DNA of 64,000 bases from Lingula anatina (taxonomy: Eukaryota; Animalia; Brachiopoda): the NCBI GenBank assembly GCA_051362555.1, contig CM120641.1:9114001-9178000 (forward strand), read 5' to 3'. The position numbers were made by a program, and so were the translations under genes. The notes beneath the pieces were generated by a model, which had not been told where the DNA came from, ran no database searches, and saw only the letters and a program-made list of their open reading frames with translations. Shown one piece after another: positions 13,081 through 22,880 of the stretch. The first letter of the stretch is position 1, and every line of letters begins with the position of its first letter.

Positions 13081-14413
13081 CATAATGTTGAACATAACAG
13101 TTCTCTCTCCACAACATGTCTGAACGTGGCCCTTGCGACAACATCCAAAACAATAACCGTATTTTCTCATGATATACTTCTGTTCATTTGGGCTTTCCTG
13201 TCCAAATACTCTGGACTCTCCGAGTTCATGGTTTGTGCCATGCAGTGGGCAATCTTCTTTTTGAGCAACATCAGTTTTCCTGCTTGTTATCAAATTTCTT
13301 TCCTTGTGTTTGTCCTTAATGGTAGTATTGTGCGTGGAGTCATATTGAAAACTAGGGTTGTTTTTGGTCTGGCTCAGTTTCTTAATAAATTTGATGAATT
13401 CAGGAAGTGGAGGGTAATGGACTCTGTTATTCTCTTTGTATTTTACAGCATGAGATGTCCACTTGTTCTGTTGGTCTTGAGTTAATTTGGCCACTATTGG
13501 GTTTATTCCTACGGCTGAGTCAAGATAGGACAAGGTCAATCCACACACTTTGTCTTCTTTAAAAGCCTGTATCTCTTAGAGGAGATCTAAAAGTTTGTAC
13601 AGTTTAACTGTATCCCTTGGTCAGTTTTGTGATTCAGCTTCTGCAGCAGCATGAGATTTTCTTTCCTTAAGCAGCTCAAGCCCTGCTTCTAATTCTTCTT
13701 TTTGTCTGTTTTTCTCTGCTGCTCTGATGACATTTTGTTCTTCGAGAATTGCATGTCATTTTTTCAGTTTCACTTCTTGTTCCGCATACTTGAGGCATGC
13801 TCGTGCTGCTTCTGCCTTTGCCCTCTTTCTGATGGTGGATGAGCCATTTGCAGATGATACGGATCTTGAACTAGCTTGAGTAGCTAACTCTGCCCCCAGG
13901 TCTGGGACTGTGTTTGTTAGCTCTTCACTGCCTTACCTTTTTTACTGGTTTGCTTCCAGAAGGCAAGAAGATAACCCTCTTTGTTCGCATGTTAAAGCTA
14001 TCTTATTTCCATCAGAGAAATGGTAAAAAACTGAAATAAAATATAAAAAACACTTGTCAAAAATCCTGACGATGATATTGCGCTTACTTATTGCGGCACT
14101 TACAAGCCACCGTACTTTACCAAACGAGCGGGAAATATTGCAGTGACAACTTTAAATGTGAATACATTATAAACACAGCTTAGAGATACTACAAATGTTC
14201 TTTACATAACCACAAATATCAAAACAACACAAAATGTTGAAAAACTCAACAATGTGCTTAGCCTATCTTTAGAAAGACTGCTGATGAGCGAGCTTGGAGC
14301 CTCGACATGAAAAATTAGGTCAAATTACAGAGGCCCATAACAACACAATGACCGATATCCAAAGATACCAAGCCAATCATACTGGCATTGTTAGTTTATA
14401 GGCCATTTGCACA
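13081..14413 (-). mobile_element. BEL/Pao retrotransposon 5' fragment (gag and probable LTR)
   Basis: KWTSHAVKYKENNRVHYPPLPEFIKFI, CPLHGTNH..CFGCCRKGH and RAKAEAARA are BEL gag motifs. The internal region starts CAGTAAAAAAG at about 13948; the outer LTR boundary is uncertain. Confidence 0.75.
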
Positions 14414-14544
14414 TTGGGTGAAGACTTGCACACTTCTCTTTTATTACGGTTTTTGGTTGGAGACGGTGTGTGGTCTTCGGTGCTGGAACCAGCAGTGCAG
14501 CGCTGGCAGTCAAAAACCAGGAAAACACCTGTCAGGAGGTATAT

Positions 14545-15610
14545 TGTAGCGGTTTTTGAGTCTAAAGGTAGCGTGCTAATAAAAGTTCAATCCCAAGAAA
14601 CAGAGTTCTTTTTGTCAATAAACGGTTTTATTTAAATCCAACGAAGTTTGTAAGAAGGCAATAAAAAGTTCAATGTGTCCAGATATAATTTAAATGATAC
14701 TGATGAAGAGTTTAATATAAATGCATAATCCAGGGTGCTACTAGGTAAAGTCAATAATCCTAGGAGGTGTAGACATCGGTTGACATCGTACTGGTACTGG
14801 TGGGCTTCACTTCGGAATTATTCCTGCCGACGGTAACCTAGGGTCCTGTAGCTACGCTGACCCTGTCGGGATAATCTGACCGAGATATCCCTTAACGTTG
14901 GTGCCCCCGGCCAACGTATTGCTTGTCCTAATCGACCTCCTGCCTAAGGTCTGCCTACTCTACACGGGAGATATTGCCCTCGTCATTGGTGCCCCAGCCA
15001 ACGTAACTCAGGCCTTCGTTGCTACGCAAAGCCTGTCGGGAGAATCTGACGGAGATTTTCCCTGTCGTTGGTACTCCTGCCAACGTATCACTCTTCCTAA
15101 CTAACCAACAATCAACCGTCCCAGTGAACCTGCCAGAGAAAGTAGAAACTTTCTCAATCGGAGCCTCGAGCATAGCCTTGTCCCATCAGATTCGACCAAC
15201 CGCCCCAGTGAACCTGCCAGAGGGAGTAGAAACTCCCTCAATCGGTACCTCGAACGAGTAGTATCCTCTGTGTCTCTTCCGTGGTATCTTCACCCAGCAT
15301 GAGGTGGGCTCTGTGTCAGGAGATAATTTTATCGTTCTCACCTATGAAAGGGGAAGGGGTATAGGTAAGCTCGTAAAGACGTTGTTAGCACCAGAATGTT
15401 ACTTCTGTACCGCAAGGTCGTCCTGCTCATGTTGTATAACTCGCCAGAATTATTGGCCACAGTGCTGACGAGGGTAATGGTTCCAGTCACATGAATCAAT
15501 AAATTGTTACAAACGCCGAAATATTTACCGGACGCTCCCATGGGGGTCTTTATAGCCCATAATGATAGGAATTACTTTGATAACGATTGTTAAAAATTTG
15601 TTTCATTACA
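14545..15610 (-). repeat. 3' LTR of the Gypsy element
   Basis: Near-identical to 20866-21931 and adjacent to the PPT (AGAGGAGGGGGCAT on the minus strand). Confidence 0.98.
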
Positions 15611-15680
15611 ATGCCCCCTCCTCTCGCAGGACTCGTCCTCGAGTCCATTAAAATCAGTGAAATAAAACAGTTCTAACAAT

Positions 15681-18600
15681 TTAAATAAAATCTTTCAACC
15701 AAGGCGGTGTTTTTCTTCTTCGCTGTGGCCGTCTACTGATACCTTCGCTAGACGGGAGTTCCTCTTCCACTGGCATCTCCGGGGATGAGGAAGATACCGA
15801 CATGTCATTGTCGGTATTTTGCGACAGTCTAATTTCTTCTGCAGTACTTTTCACGGCTGCGTCTTCTTCAGATGTTGGTTCTATGTCAAGGATCTCCTTG
15901 GTGGGCGAAGATGATACCCTAAAATCAGCGCCAGAATCTTGGAACTCTTCCTTGGGGTGAAACCATGCTTGGACCTGGGTGCCGTAATACTTCTTCAGTC
16001 GATCGCCATGCACTGTCTGGCTCTTAGAATGTGGCCCTTTCTGAACTTTGTATACAGCGTCGCTAATTCTATGTGTGACGGTAAACGGGCCTTGCCACTG
16101 ACACTGTAACTTGGGTGACAGTCCTTTCTTTCTGTTGGGACAATAGAGCCAAACAAAGTCACCGGGACTATGGTTCTCCTCACGGGCTGTGTGGTCATAG
16201 TACTTTTTCTGCCTTTTTGCTGCCTGTCTCAAATGGATGCGGGCTGTTTCAAAGGAAAATACCATCCTCTCTTTCAGTTTCCAAGCGTATTCGGTTAAGT
16301 CCTGATCTTCCTCATCGATAGTGGAGGGCAGGGTCAGGTCGACCGGCATAGTAACTTCTCGACCTAACATAAGCATGTTAGGTGTCATATCAGTGCTTTC
16401 ATGCACGGTGGAACAATAAGCTAGAAGCAGGTATGGGAGACACTCGTCCCAGTCTCTCTGGTGTTCTGAAGTAAATGCTTTCAACATCACCTCGAGAGTC
16501 CGGTTAAATCGCTCTACCAGTCCGTCACTCTGAGGCCTGAATGGTGTGGTTCTTGTCTTCCGTATGTGCAGAAGGGAGCATACATCAGCAATCAAATTTG
16601 ACTCAAAATTCCTTCCACGGTCGGTATGAATCTGATATGGAACTCCAAACCGGCAGATAAACTCCTCAACAAGCTTTTCAGCTATGGTGCGCGACTCCTG
16701 GTCAGGGATCGGATATGCCTCTGTCCATTTGGTAAAGTAATCGCTAACAACCATAATGTACCGGTTACCTCTATCAGTGATATGCAGTGGTCCTTTTATG
16801 TCAATAGCAATTCGTTCCAAAGTGCAACCCACTGGAAGCTGGCCTAATTTTGCTTTTACTCTTCTTGGTGGATTTTTGGTAGCTCCACATGTGTGACATT
16901 GTTTTATCCATAATCTCACGTCCACCTTCATGTACGGCCAGTAGCAGCGTTGTTTGAGAGCCTTCATCATCTGGTTAAGTCCCAAGTGGCCACCTGCATG
17001 AATTTGTTGAAAAAGATCCTTTCTCAGCGGTTTAGGAGCAATTAGTTGTATCACTGGGTGTCCATGCATTTGCCATCGACGGTATAGAACACCATTCTTT
17101 AAACACAATTGATCCCACTGGCTCACAAATTTCTTCAGGGTAAAACATTCTGATGCAATTTCATCTGCACCTGGACGACTATCATTTTCCTTCCAGGCAA
17201 TCAACTTCCCTAGCACAGGGTCTTTCAATTGAAGAGATAGAATTTCCTCAGGTGAGAGGGGTTGTACCCAGTCACTTACTGGGGTAAAAGCACAGCATTT
17301 AATTGATTTTCCTTTAACAACAGTCGGTTCTTCTTCACACTGCCCTCCACATTGATTACAGGGCCTCCGGCTAAGACTATCAGCATTGGCATGCTTGGTT
17401 CCAGGATGATGCTCTATGGTATAGTCATACTCTCCCAACACCTGCAACCACCGGGCCCATTGCCCCTCAGGATCCTTAAAGTTCATAAGCCACCTTAATG
17501 ACCCATGGTCTGTGCGGATAAGAAAATGTCTTCCATAAAGATAATGCCGAAAGTACTTTACAAAATGCACCACTGCCAAGAGTTCTTTCCTGGTTACACT
17601 GTATCTTGTCTCTGGCTTACTAAGCGACTTACTTGCGTACGCTATGACTCGTTCATGGCCATCCTGAACTTGACTAAGCACCGCTCCAATCCCACGGTGG
17701 CTGGCATCAGTGTCTAAGATAAACTGGGCTTGTGCATTTGGAAATGCCAGCACTGGGGGTGTGCTGAGCGCAGATTTAAGCTTCTGAAAGGCACAAACTT
17801 GGTCTTCTTCCCAGATGAACGGCTGATCCTTCTCAGTAAGACGATGTAGGGGACTGGCGATGTTGGTAAAATTTCTAATAAACCGTTGGTAATAGGAACA
17901 GAGGCCCAGGAAACTTCTAACATCTGACACATTGTTTGGAGTCGGCCAATCCACTACTGCTCTTGTCTTGTTTGGGTCAGTTTCTACCCCTCGTTCGGAG
18001 ACTATGTGTCCAAGGTACTCAACCTCTTTTTGAAACAGGGAGCATTTAGATGGTTTGAGTTTAAGTCCTGCTTGTCGTAGGCGCTGAAGGACGGTTTGAA
18101 GACGTTCTAGGTGTTGCTCTACTGTACTTCGCAAGATGATGACATCATCCAAGTAAATTAAACAGGTTTTCCAATGGAGGCCCGCCAAGATTAACTCCAT
18201 GAGCCGTTCAAAGGTCACAGGGGCATTACATAATCCAAATGGCATTACCTTGAACTGGAAAAGACCCTGACGTGTGCAGAATGCCGTCTTGTGCTTGTCT
18301 GCTGGACTCATCTCAACTTGATGATAGCCGCTCATGAGGTCTAGTGTGGAGAACCACTTAGCGCCGTACAAAGTGTCTAACGTTTCATCTATACCAGGCA
18401 ATGGATATGTATCTTTCTGTGTAACATCATTCAGCCGACGGTAATCTATGCAGAACCTGATGGAACCGTCCTTTTTGGTAACCAACACTATCGGTGAAGC
18501 CCAGGCACTGCTTGAAGGTTCAACCAAACCTTGGGACAACATCTTCTCTAGTTCATCGTCTGCTTCTTTTACCCGATGTATTGGAATTCTTCTTGCTGGC

Positions 18601-19523
18601 TGGCGGATTGGATGACTGTTACCAGTGTTTATTGTATGTTTTATCAGTCCAGTTTTCCCAAGATCATTTGAATCCTTTGCAAACACATCGCTATTTTCAC
18701 GGAGTACTTTGGCTACTTTCTCCGCCTCTGTCGGGTTTACTTTAGTTTTGTCCCATAGAGGTTCCATATGAGCCGGTAAACTTTGGTCAGTAGTCTCAGC
18801 ATCAGCCTGGTCGACCTGTCCTTCGTTCCCAATGACACTGGCTACGTCGGGTTTTATCAAAGCTGCTACAGTTCCACGTCCAAGTTTAAGAGGATATTCA
18901 CCCTTATTCATGATGTGCAGGGGAACAGACGTCCCACGGAGATCAACCAACGCATAAGCAACTGACGCGTGTACATTATTCTTCAATCTTGACTCTGTAA
19001 TACCCTCAGTGAGTGTGGGACCAGATTTATGCAGCTGTCCAGTAATAACCATCTCCGACTTTGGGGGTATAACTGTATCTTCTTTGAATGAGACACGGCA
19101 ACAACGATAACCATTTCTTTTGGCAGTTATCAGCGGAATTTCCTCCCTATCCCCTTCGCCAATGGTCACAGTTAGTTTTTTCAAATTAATTGTACAGCGT
19201 AATTGTCTCAACACGTTCATTCCAAGTATACCTTCCCAAGGTACATCGGCAACAATGACTGGGATATCAAACTTGTGGTTATTTATAGACATGGGGACAG
19301 TCGTCTCACCTTTCAAGTCCATGAAGGTACCCATAATTCCCTGTATCTGCTTTGTTGAGGGCCTAACACTTGGTCTTTCTCCTTTCGGAAACTGTAAAAA
19401 CACACGCTCTGCAATAATTGTAAGATCTGATCCGGTATCCACCAAAAATGAACAATTCCTCCCAAACAAACTTACATGAAGGAATATGGAATCATCTTGT
19501 CGAGAGGTCTTACTGTTCTCCAC
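15681..19523 (-). CDS. Gypsy Pol polyprotein (protease, RT, RNase H, integrase)
   Basis: 1280 aa ORF with LVDTGS, YLDD, DTDAS, H..H..C..C, D-D-E and GPF motifs; probably reached by -1 frameshift from gag. Confidence 0.98.
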   Translation of the reverse strand: MENSKTSRQDDSIFLHVSLFGRNCSFLVDTGSDLTIIAERVFLQFPKGERPSVRPSTKQIQGIMGTFMDLKGETTVPMSINNHKFDIPVIVADVPWEGILGMNVLRQLRCTINLKKLTVTIGEGDREEIPLITAKRNGYRCCRVSFKEDTVIPPKSEMVITGQLHKSGPTLTEGITESRLKNNVHASVAYALVDLRGTSVPLHIMNKGEYPLKLGRGTVAALIKPDVASVIGNEGQVDQADAETTDQSLPAHMEPLWDKTKVNPTEAEKVAKVLRENSDVFAKDSNDLGKTGLIKHTINTGNSHPIRQPARRIPIHRVKEADDELEKMLSQGLVEPSSSAWASPIVLVTKKDGSIRFCIDYRRLNDVTQKDTYPLPGIDETLDTLYGAKWFSTLDLMSGYHQVEMSPADKHKTAFCTRQGLFQFKVMPFGLCNAPVTFERLMELILAGLHWKTCLIYLDDVIILRSTVEQHLERLQTVLQRLRQAGLKLKPSKCSLFQKEVEYLGHIVSERGVETDPNKTRAVVDWPTPNNVSDVRSFLGLCSYYQRFIRNFTNIASPLHRLTEKDQPFIWEEDQVCAFQKLKSALSTPPVLAFPNAQAQFILDTDASHRGIGAVLSQVQDGHERVIAYASKSLSKPETRYSVTRKELLAVVHFVKYFRHYLYGRHFLIRTDHGSLRWLMNFKDPEGQWARWLQVLGEYDYTIEHHPGTKHANADSLSRRPCNQCGGQCEEEPTVVKGKSIKCCAFTPVSDWVQPLSPEEILSLQLKDPVLGKLIAWKENDSRPGADEIASECFTLKKFVSQWDQLCLKNGVLYRRWQMHGHPVIQLIAPKPLRKDLFQQIHAGGHLGLNQMMKALKQRCYWPYMKVDVRLWIKQCHTCGATKNPPRRVKAKLGQLPVGCTLERIAIDIKGPLHITDRGNRYIMVVSDYFTKWTEAYPIPDQESRTIAEKLVEEFICRFGVPYQIHTDRGRNFESNLIADVCSLLHIRKTRTTPFRPQSDGLVERFNRTLEVMLKAFTSEHQRDWDECLPYLLLAYCSTVHESTDMTPNMLMLGREVTMPVDLTLPSTIDEEDQDLTEYAWKLKERMVFSFETARIHLRQAAKRQKKYYDHTAREENHSPGDFVWLYCPNRKKGLSPKLQCQWQGPFTVTHRISDAVYKVQKGPHSKSQTVHGDRLKKYYGTQVQAWFHPKEEFQDSGADFRVSSSPTKEILDIEPTSEEDAAVKSTAEEIRLSQNTDNDMSVSSSSPEMPVEEELPSSEGISRRPQRRRKTPPWLKDFI

Positions 19524-19555
19524 GGCTGGCCAATGCCTCTCTTCTCCAACCGCTG

Positions 19556-20836
19556 CTAGTTTAACTGATTCGCACTGACTGCCTCTGCTCTTCTAGGTGC
19601 TGGTGGGGGTCCAACTTTTACTGGTACGCAATTTCTGGCCACATGTCCAAATCCTCCACAGTTAAAGCACTGGACATTCCTACGGGGTGGAGTGACTGGT
19701 TTTACATTCAGTACTTGACATTCTCGGGCAAAGTGTCCCCTCCTACCACAATTAAAACACTGCACTGTCCTAGAGGGCGGTGGCACTTGTTTGGTTCGCA
19801 ACATTTGAGCTTCTAATAAATCCACTTTGGATGAGATCTTTTCCAAGGAACGAGTTACATCATCCAACACCTTGCTCGTCGGGTGAGATTCGTCAGAAGG
19901 GGTAATTGCAGCAGCAGAACGTACCAAATTTAATCTCCGCCCTCTTGCAGTCTCGGCATCTTGGCAAGCTTCCAATTCAATAGCTAACGATTCACAATCA
20001 TCAATGGTTCTTGGCCGATATCGCATAACATCCAATCTCAAACGGGTATCATCTAACGCGTCTAGAAAATACTCTCGCATAAAAGTGTCCTTCACTTCAG
20101 CAGTTTCATTGGTCCAACCCAGGCTAACTAAACGCCTTATTGCCTGAGCTAACTCACTAAGCGTCTCTTTAGGACTCCTTTTCCTCATCCTTGCTTGCAC
20201 CCTGTAAAATTCGGTTCTGTTTTTGGGGCTGAATCTCCTCTCTAGTGCTGTTGTCAATAGGTCGTAGTTAAAGCGGTGTTCTGGTGGGAGATCGCCCAAT
20301 ACTTGCGCAGCATCTCCTCGTAGGTTGGTTGCCAAATGGCCCATTTTCTCTTCATTACTCCACTGATACACCATGGCACAAATGTCAAATTGAGCTTTAT
20401 AATCATCCCATGAAGATTTTCCATCAAACGTGCCTAGCTTAATAGACGGGCCTGCTTTTTCCTTGACACGGGTCTGCATACTGGTCGGCATGGGATAAAA
20501 GGGGTTAGGAAATTGTTCTGACACATACTCAGGTTTGGCTCTAAGTGTAGACGGTACCCTCTCCCATCCAATCGTTCGGGCTGCCTCCTGGTTCACAAAC
20601 AGGTTGGGGTTGATGAAATGATCGTCGTCCAGGAATGGATTGGTGTTAACAGTAATAAAGGGATTAGTGTTACAGGAAGTATCAAACTCCAGTCTTCTCC
20701 TCGGGTCTGCAAAGAGCGGAGTATCATCCAACACCGGGCTCAAACATGGATTACAACTCCCAAAAGCACTGTCCCATTGTCTTGAGTGGTCGTATATCCT
20801 AGTTTCATCTGCCATAATTCTTAGAGGACGTGACAA
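19556..20836 (-). CDS. Gypsy Gag with two CCHC zinc knuckles
   Basis: 426 aa ORF: FDGKSSW..LRGDA capsid region, then CFNCGRRGHFAREC and CFNCGGFGHVARNC. Confidence 0.97.
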   Translation of the reverse strand: MSRPLRIMADETRIYDHSRQWDSAFGSCNPCLSPVLDDTPLFADPRRRLEFDTSCNTNPFITVNTNPFLDDDHFINPNLFVNQEAARTIGWERVPSTLRAKPEYVSEQFPNPFYPMPTSMQTRVKEKAGPSIKLGTFDGKSSWDDYKAQFDICAMVYQWSNEEKMGHLATNLRGDAAQVLGDLPPEHRFNYDLLTTALERRFSPKNRTEFYRVQARMRKRSPKETLSELAQAIRRLVSLGWTNETAEVKDTFMREYFLDALDDTRLRLDVMRYRPRTIDDCESLAIELEACQDAETARGRRLNLVRSAAAITPSDESHPTSKVLDDVTRSLEKISSKVDLLEAQMLRTKQVPPPSRTVQCFNCGRRGHFARECQVLNVKPVTPPRRNVQCFNCGGFGHVARNCVPVKVGPPPAPRRAEAVSANQLN

Positions 20837-20841
20837 CTTTT

Positions 20842-20861
20842 GAATCCCACCGCTGCCACCA
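20842..20861 (-). promoter_or_regulatory. Primer binding site complementary to the tRNA-Leu 3' end
   Basis: TGGTGGCAGCGGTGGGATTC, 4 nt inside the 5' LTR; complements the ...GAATCCCACCGCTGCCACCA end of metazoan tRNA-Leu(AAG/TAG). Confidence 0.9.
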
Positions 20862-20865
20862 AATT

Positions 20866-21931
20866 TGTAGCGGTTTTTGAGTCTAAAGGTAGCGTGCTAA
20901 TAAAAGTTCAATCCCAAGAAACAGAGTTCTTTTTGTCAATAAACGGTTTTATTTAAATCCAACGAAGTTTGTAAGAAGGCAATAAAAAGTTCAATGTGTC
21001 CAGATATAATTTAAATGATACTGATGAAGAGTTTGATATAAATGCATAATCCAGGGTGCTACTAGGTAAAGTCAATAATCCTAGGAGGTGTAGACATCGG
21101 TTGACATCGTACTGGTACTGGTGGGCTTCACTTCGGAATTATTCCTGCCGACGGTAACCTAGGGTCCCGTAGCTACGCTGACCCTGTCGGGATAATCTGA
21201 CCGAGATATCCCTTAACGTTGGTGCCCCCGGCCAACGTATTGCTTGTCCTAATCGACCTCCTGCCTAAGGTCTGCCTACTCTACACGGGAGATATTTCCC
21301 TCGTCATTGGTGCCCCAGCCAACGTAACTCAGGCCTTCGTTGCTACGCAAAGCCTGTCGGGAGAATCTGACGGAGATTTTCCCTGTCGTTGGTACTCCTG
21401 CCAACGTATCACTCTTCCTAACTAACCAACAATCAACCGCCCCAGTGAACCTGCCAGAGAAAGTAGAAACTTTCTCAATCGGAGCCTCGAGCGTAGCCTT
21501 GTCCCATCAGATTCGACCAACCGCCCCAGTGAACCTGCCAGAGGGAGTAGAAACTCCCTCAATCGGTACCTCGAACGAGTAGTATCCTCTGTGTCTCTTC
21601 CGTGGTATCTTCACCCAGCATGAGGTGGGCTCTGTGTCAGGAGATAATTTTATCGTTCTCACCTATGAAAGGGGAAGGGGTATAGGTAAGCTTGTAAAGA
21701 CGTGATTAGCACCAGAATGTTACTTCTGTACCGCAAGGTCGTCCTGCTCATGTTGTATAACTCGCCAGAATTATTGGCCACAGTGCTGACGAGGGTAATG
21801 GTTCCAGTCACATGAATCAATAAATTGTTACAAACGCCGAAATATTTACCGGACGCTCCCATGGGGGTCTTTATAGCCCATAATGATAGGAATTACTTTG
21901 ATAACGATTGTTAAAAATTTGTTTCATTACA
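20866..21931 (-). repeat. 5' LTR of the Gypsy element
   Basis: Near-identical to 14545-15610 and adjacent to the PBS. Confidence 0.98.
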
Positions 21932-22128
21932 ATATTTTGCACTTACATAATATAGTAAATTTTAAAATTTCATTGTGACATTCAGTTAAAACAGCAACTC
22001 ATGGCAAAATAGTTAATGCTCAGTGCTTGCAAATAACATGAACATGAGCAAAAATTTTCATCAGCTTGGTGGTTGAATCATAAATGAAAATTATCAAACA
22101 CAAGCTGAAAAACTTTTATACCAATAGC

Positions 22129-22262
22129 TATAACGGCCATTCTGGATGTAGGCCTTCATCAGACTGATGTGAGTAGATGTTGTTTCTCACTGACTGCTAG
22201 GCCTACTGACTGATCACTCACATCAGTCTAACAAAGATCTACATCCTTGTTGGCCATTTATG
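22129..22262. repeat. Short palindromic MITE-like hairpin
   Basis: ataacggccattctggatgtaggccttcatcagactgatgtgagt pairs with actcacatcagtctaacaaagatctacatccttgttggccatttat. Confidence 0.7.
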
Positions 22263-22880
22263 AACATGAGCAGGAGTGTATGACTAATATCTGACCGCAT
22301 CTTTGGTTGTTTAGTATATACCAAGTATACACGGTACATCAATCAGTTGTGTGGGATTCTATATACGTGTGATCATATTTAACAATTACTGCTAAAAGTG
22401 AATAAAGATTTGTATGCACTATGGCACTATGGCATGCAGAAAATTTTGTTCCTGAACTCAGATGTGCTAAATCTGCAAAGACCTGTCTCGTGGGCACAGA
22501 CAAATTTTAAAATAAACTTTGTTGCCTTGAACTATATTAAAGATGTTGTGTTTGATATGGTAACCACTCAATTCTTGTTTCATGTACAATTTCCTAAATG
22601 CGTTTTAGTTACTTTGAATTATCACTCTCCCTTGTCCAATCAAAATTAAAGTTGCAAAAATAAAAGTATTATTATTATTTTTATTATTATTGACATTCCT
22701 AGCAAATAATTTTTTATTGGCCAGAGACGCATCAATCACAAAGGCTGCTTGAATAGAGGTAGGGTGGAGAATGAACATACGTACAGTAGAGACAGCAGTG
22801 TACCTTAATATATAGGGTGGCAATTTCATCCAACAGTACAAAATTCTTTTCATATCATGATTTATTAAAACGTCAGTCCC

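Larger units (their letters stand above)
14545..21931 (-). mobile_element. Full-length Ty3/Gypsy LTR retrotransposon, recent insertion
   Basis: Two 1066 bp TG...CA LTRs (14545-15610 and 20866-21931) with about 8 differences by eye; 4 bp TSD ATAT; PBS 20842-20861; PPT 15611-15624; intact gag and pol. Confidence 0.99.

Noticed and set aside
14278-14320. Hammerhead-like CTGATGAG..GAAA
   Set aside because: Stem II is not adjacent to GAAA and no cleavage-site helices were found.
14898-15541. Short ORFs in the LTRs (repeated at 21219-21862)
   Set aside because: No recognisable domains; duplicated only because the LTR is duplicated.
22129-22175. Hammerhead ribozyme core (CTGATGAAGGCC...GGCCG on the minus strand)
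   Set aside because: The required GAAA after stem II reads GTTA and no stem I/III is evident; better explained as a MITE arm.
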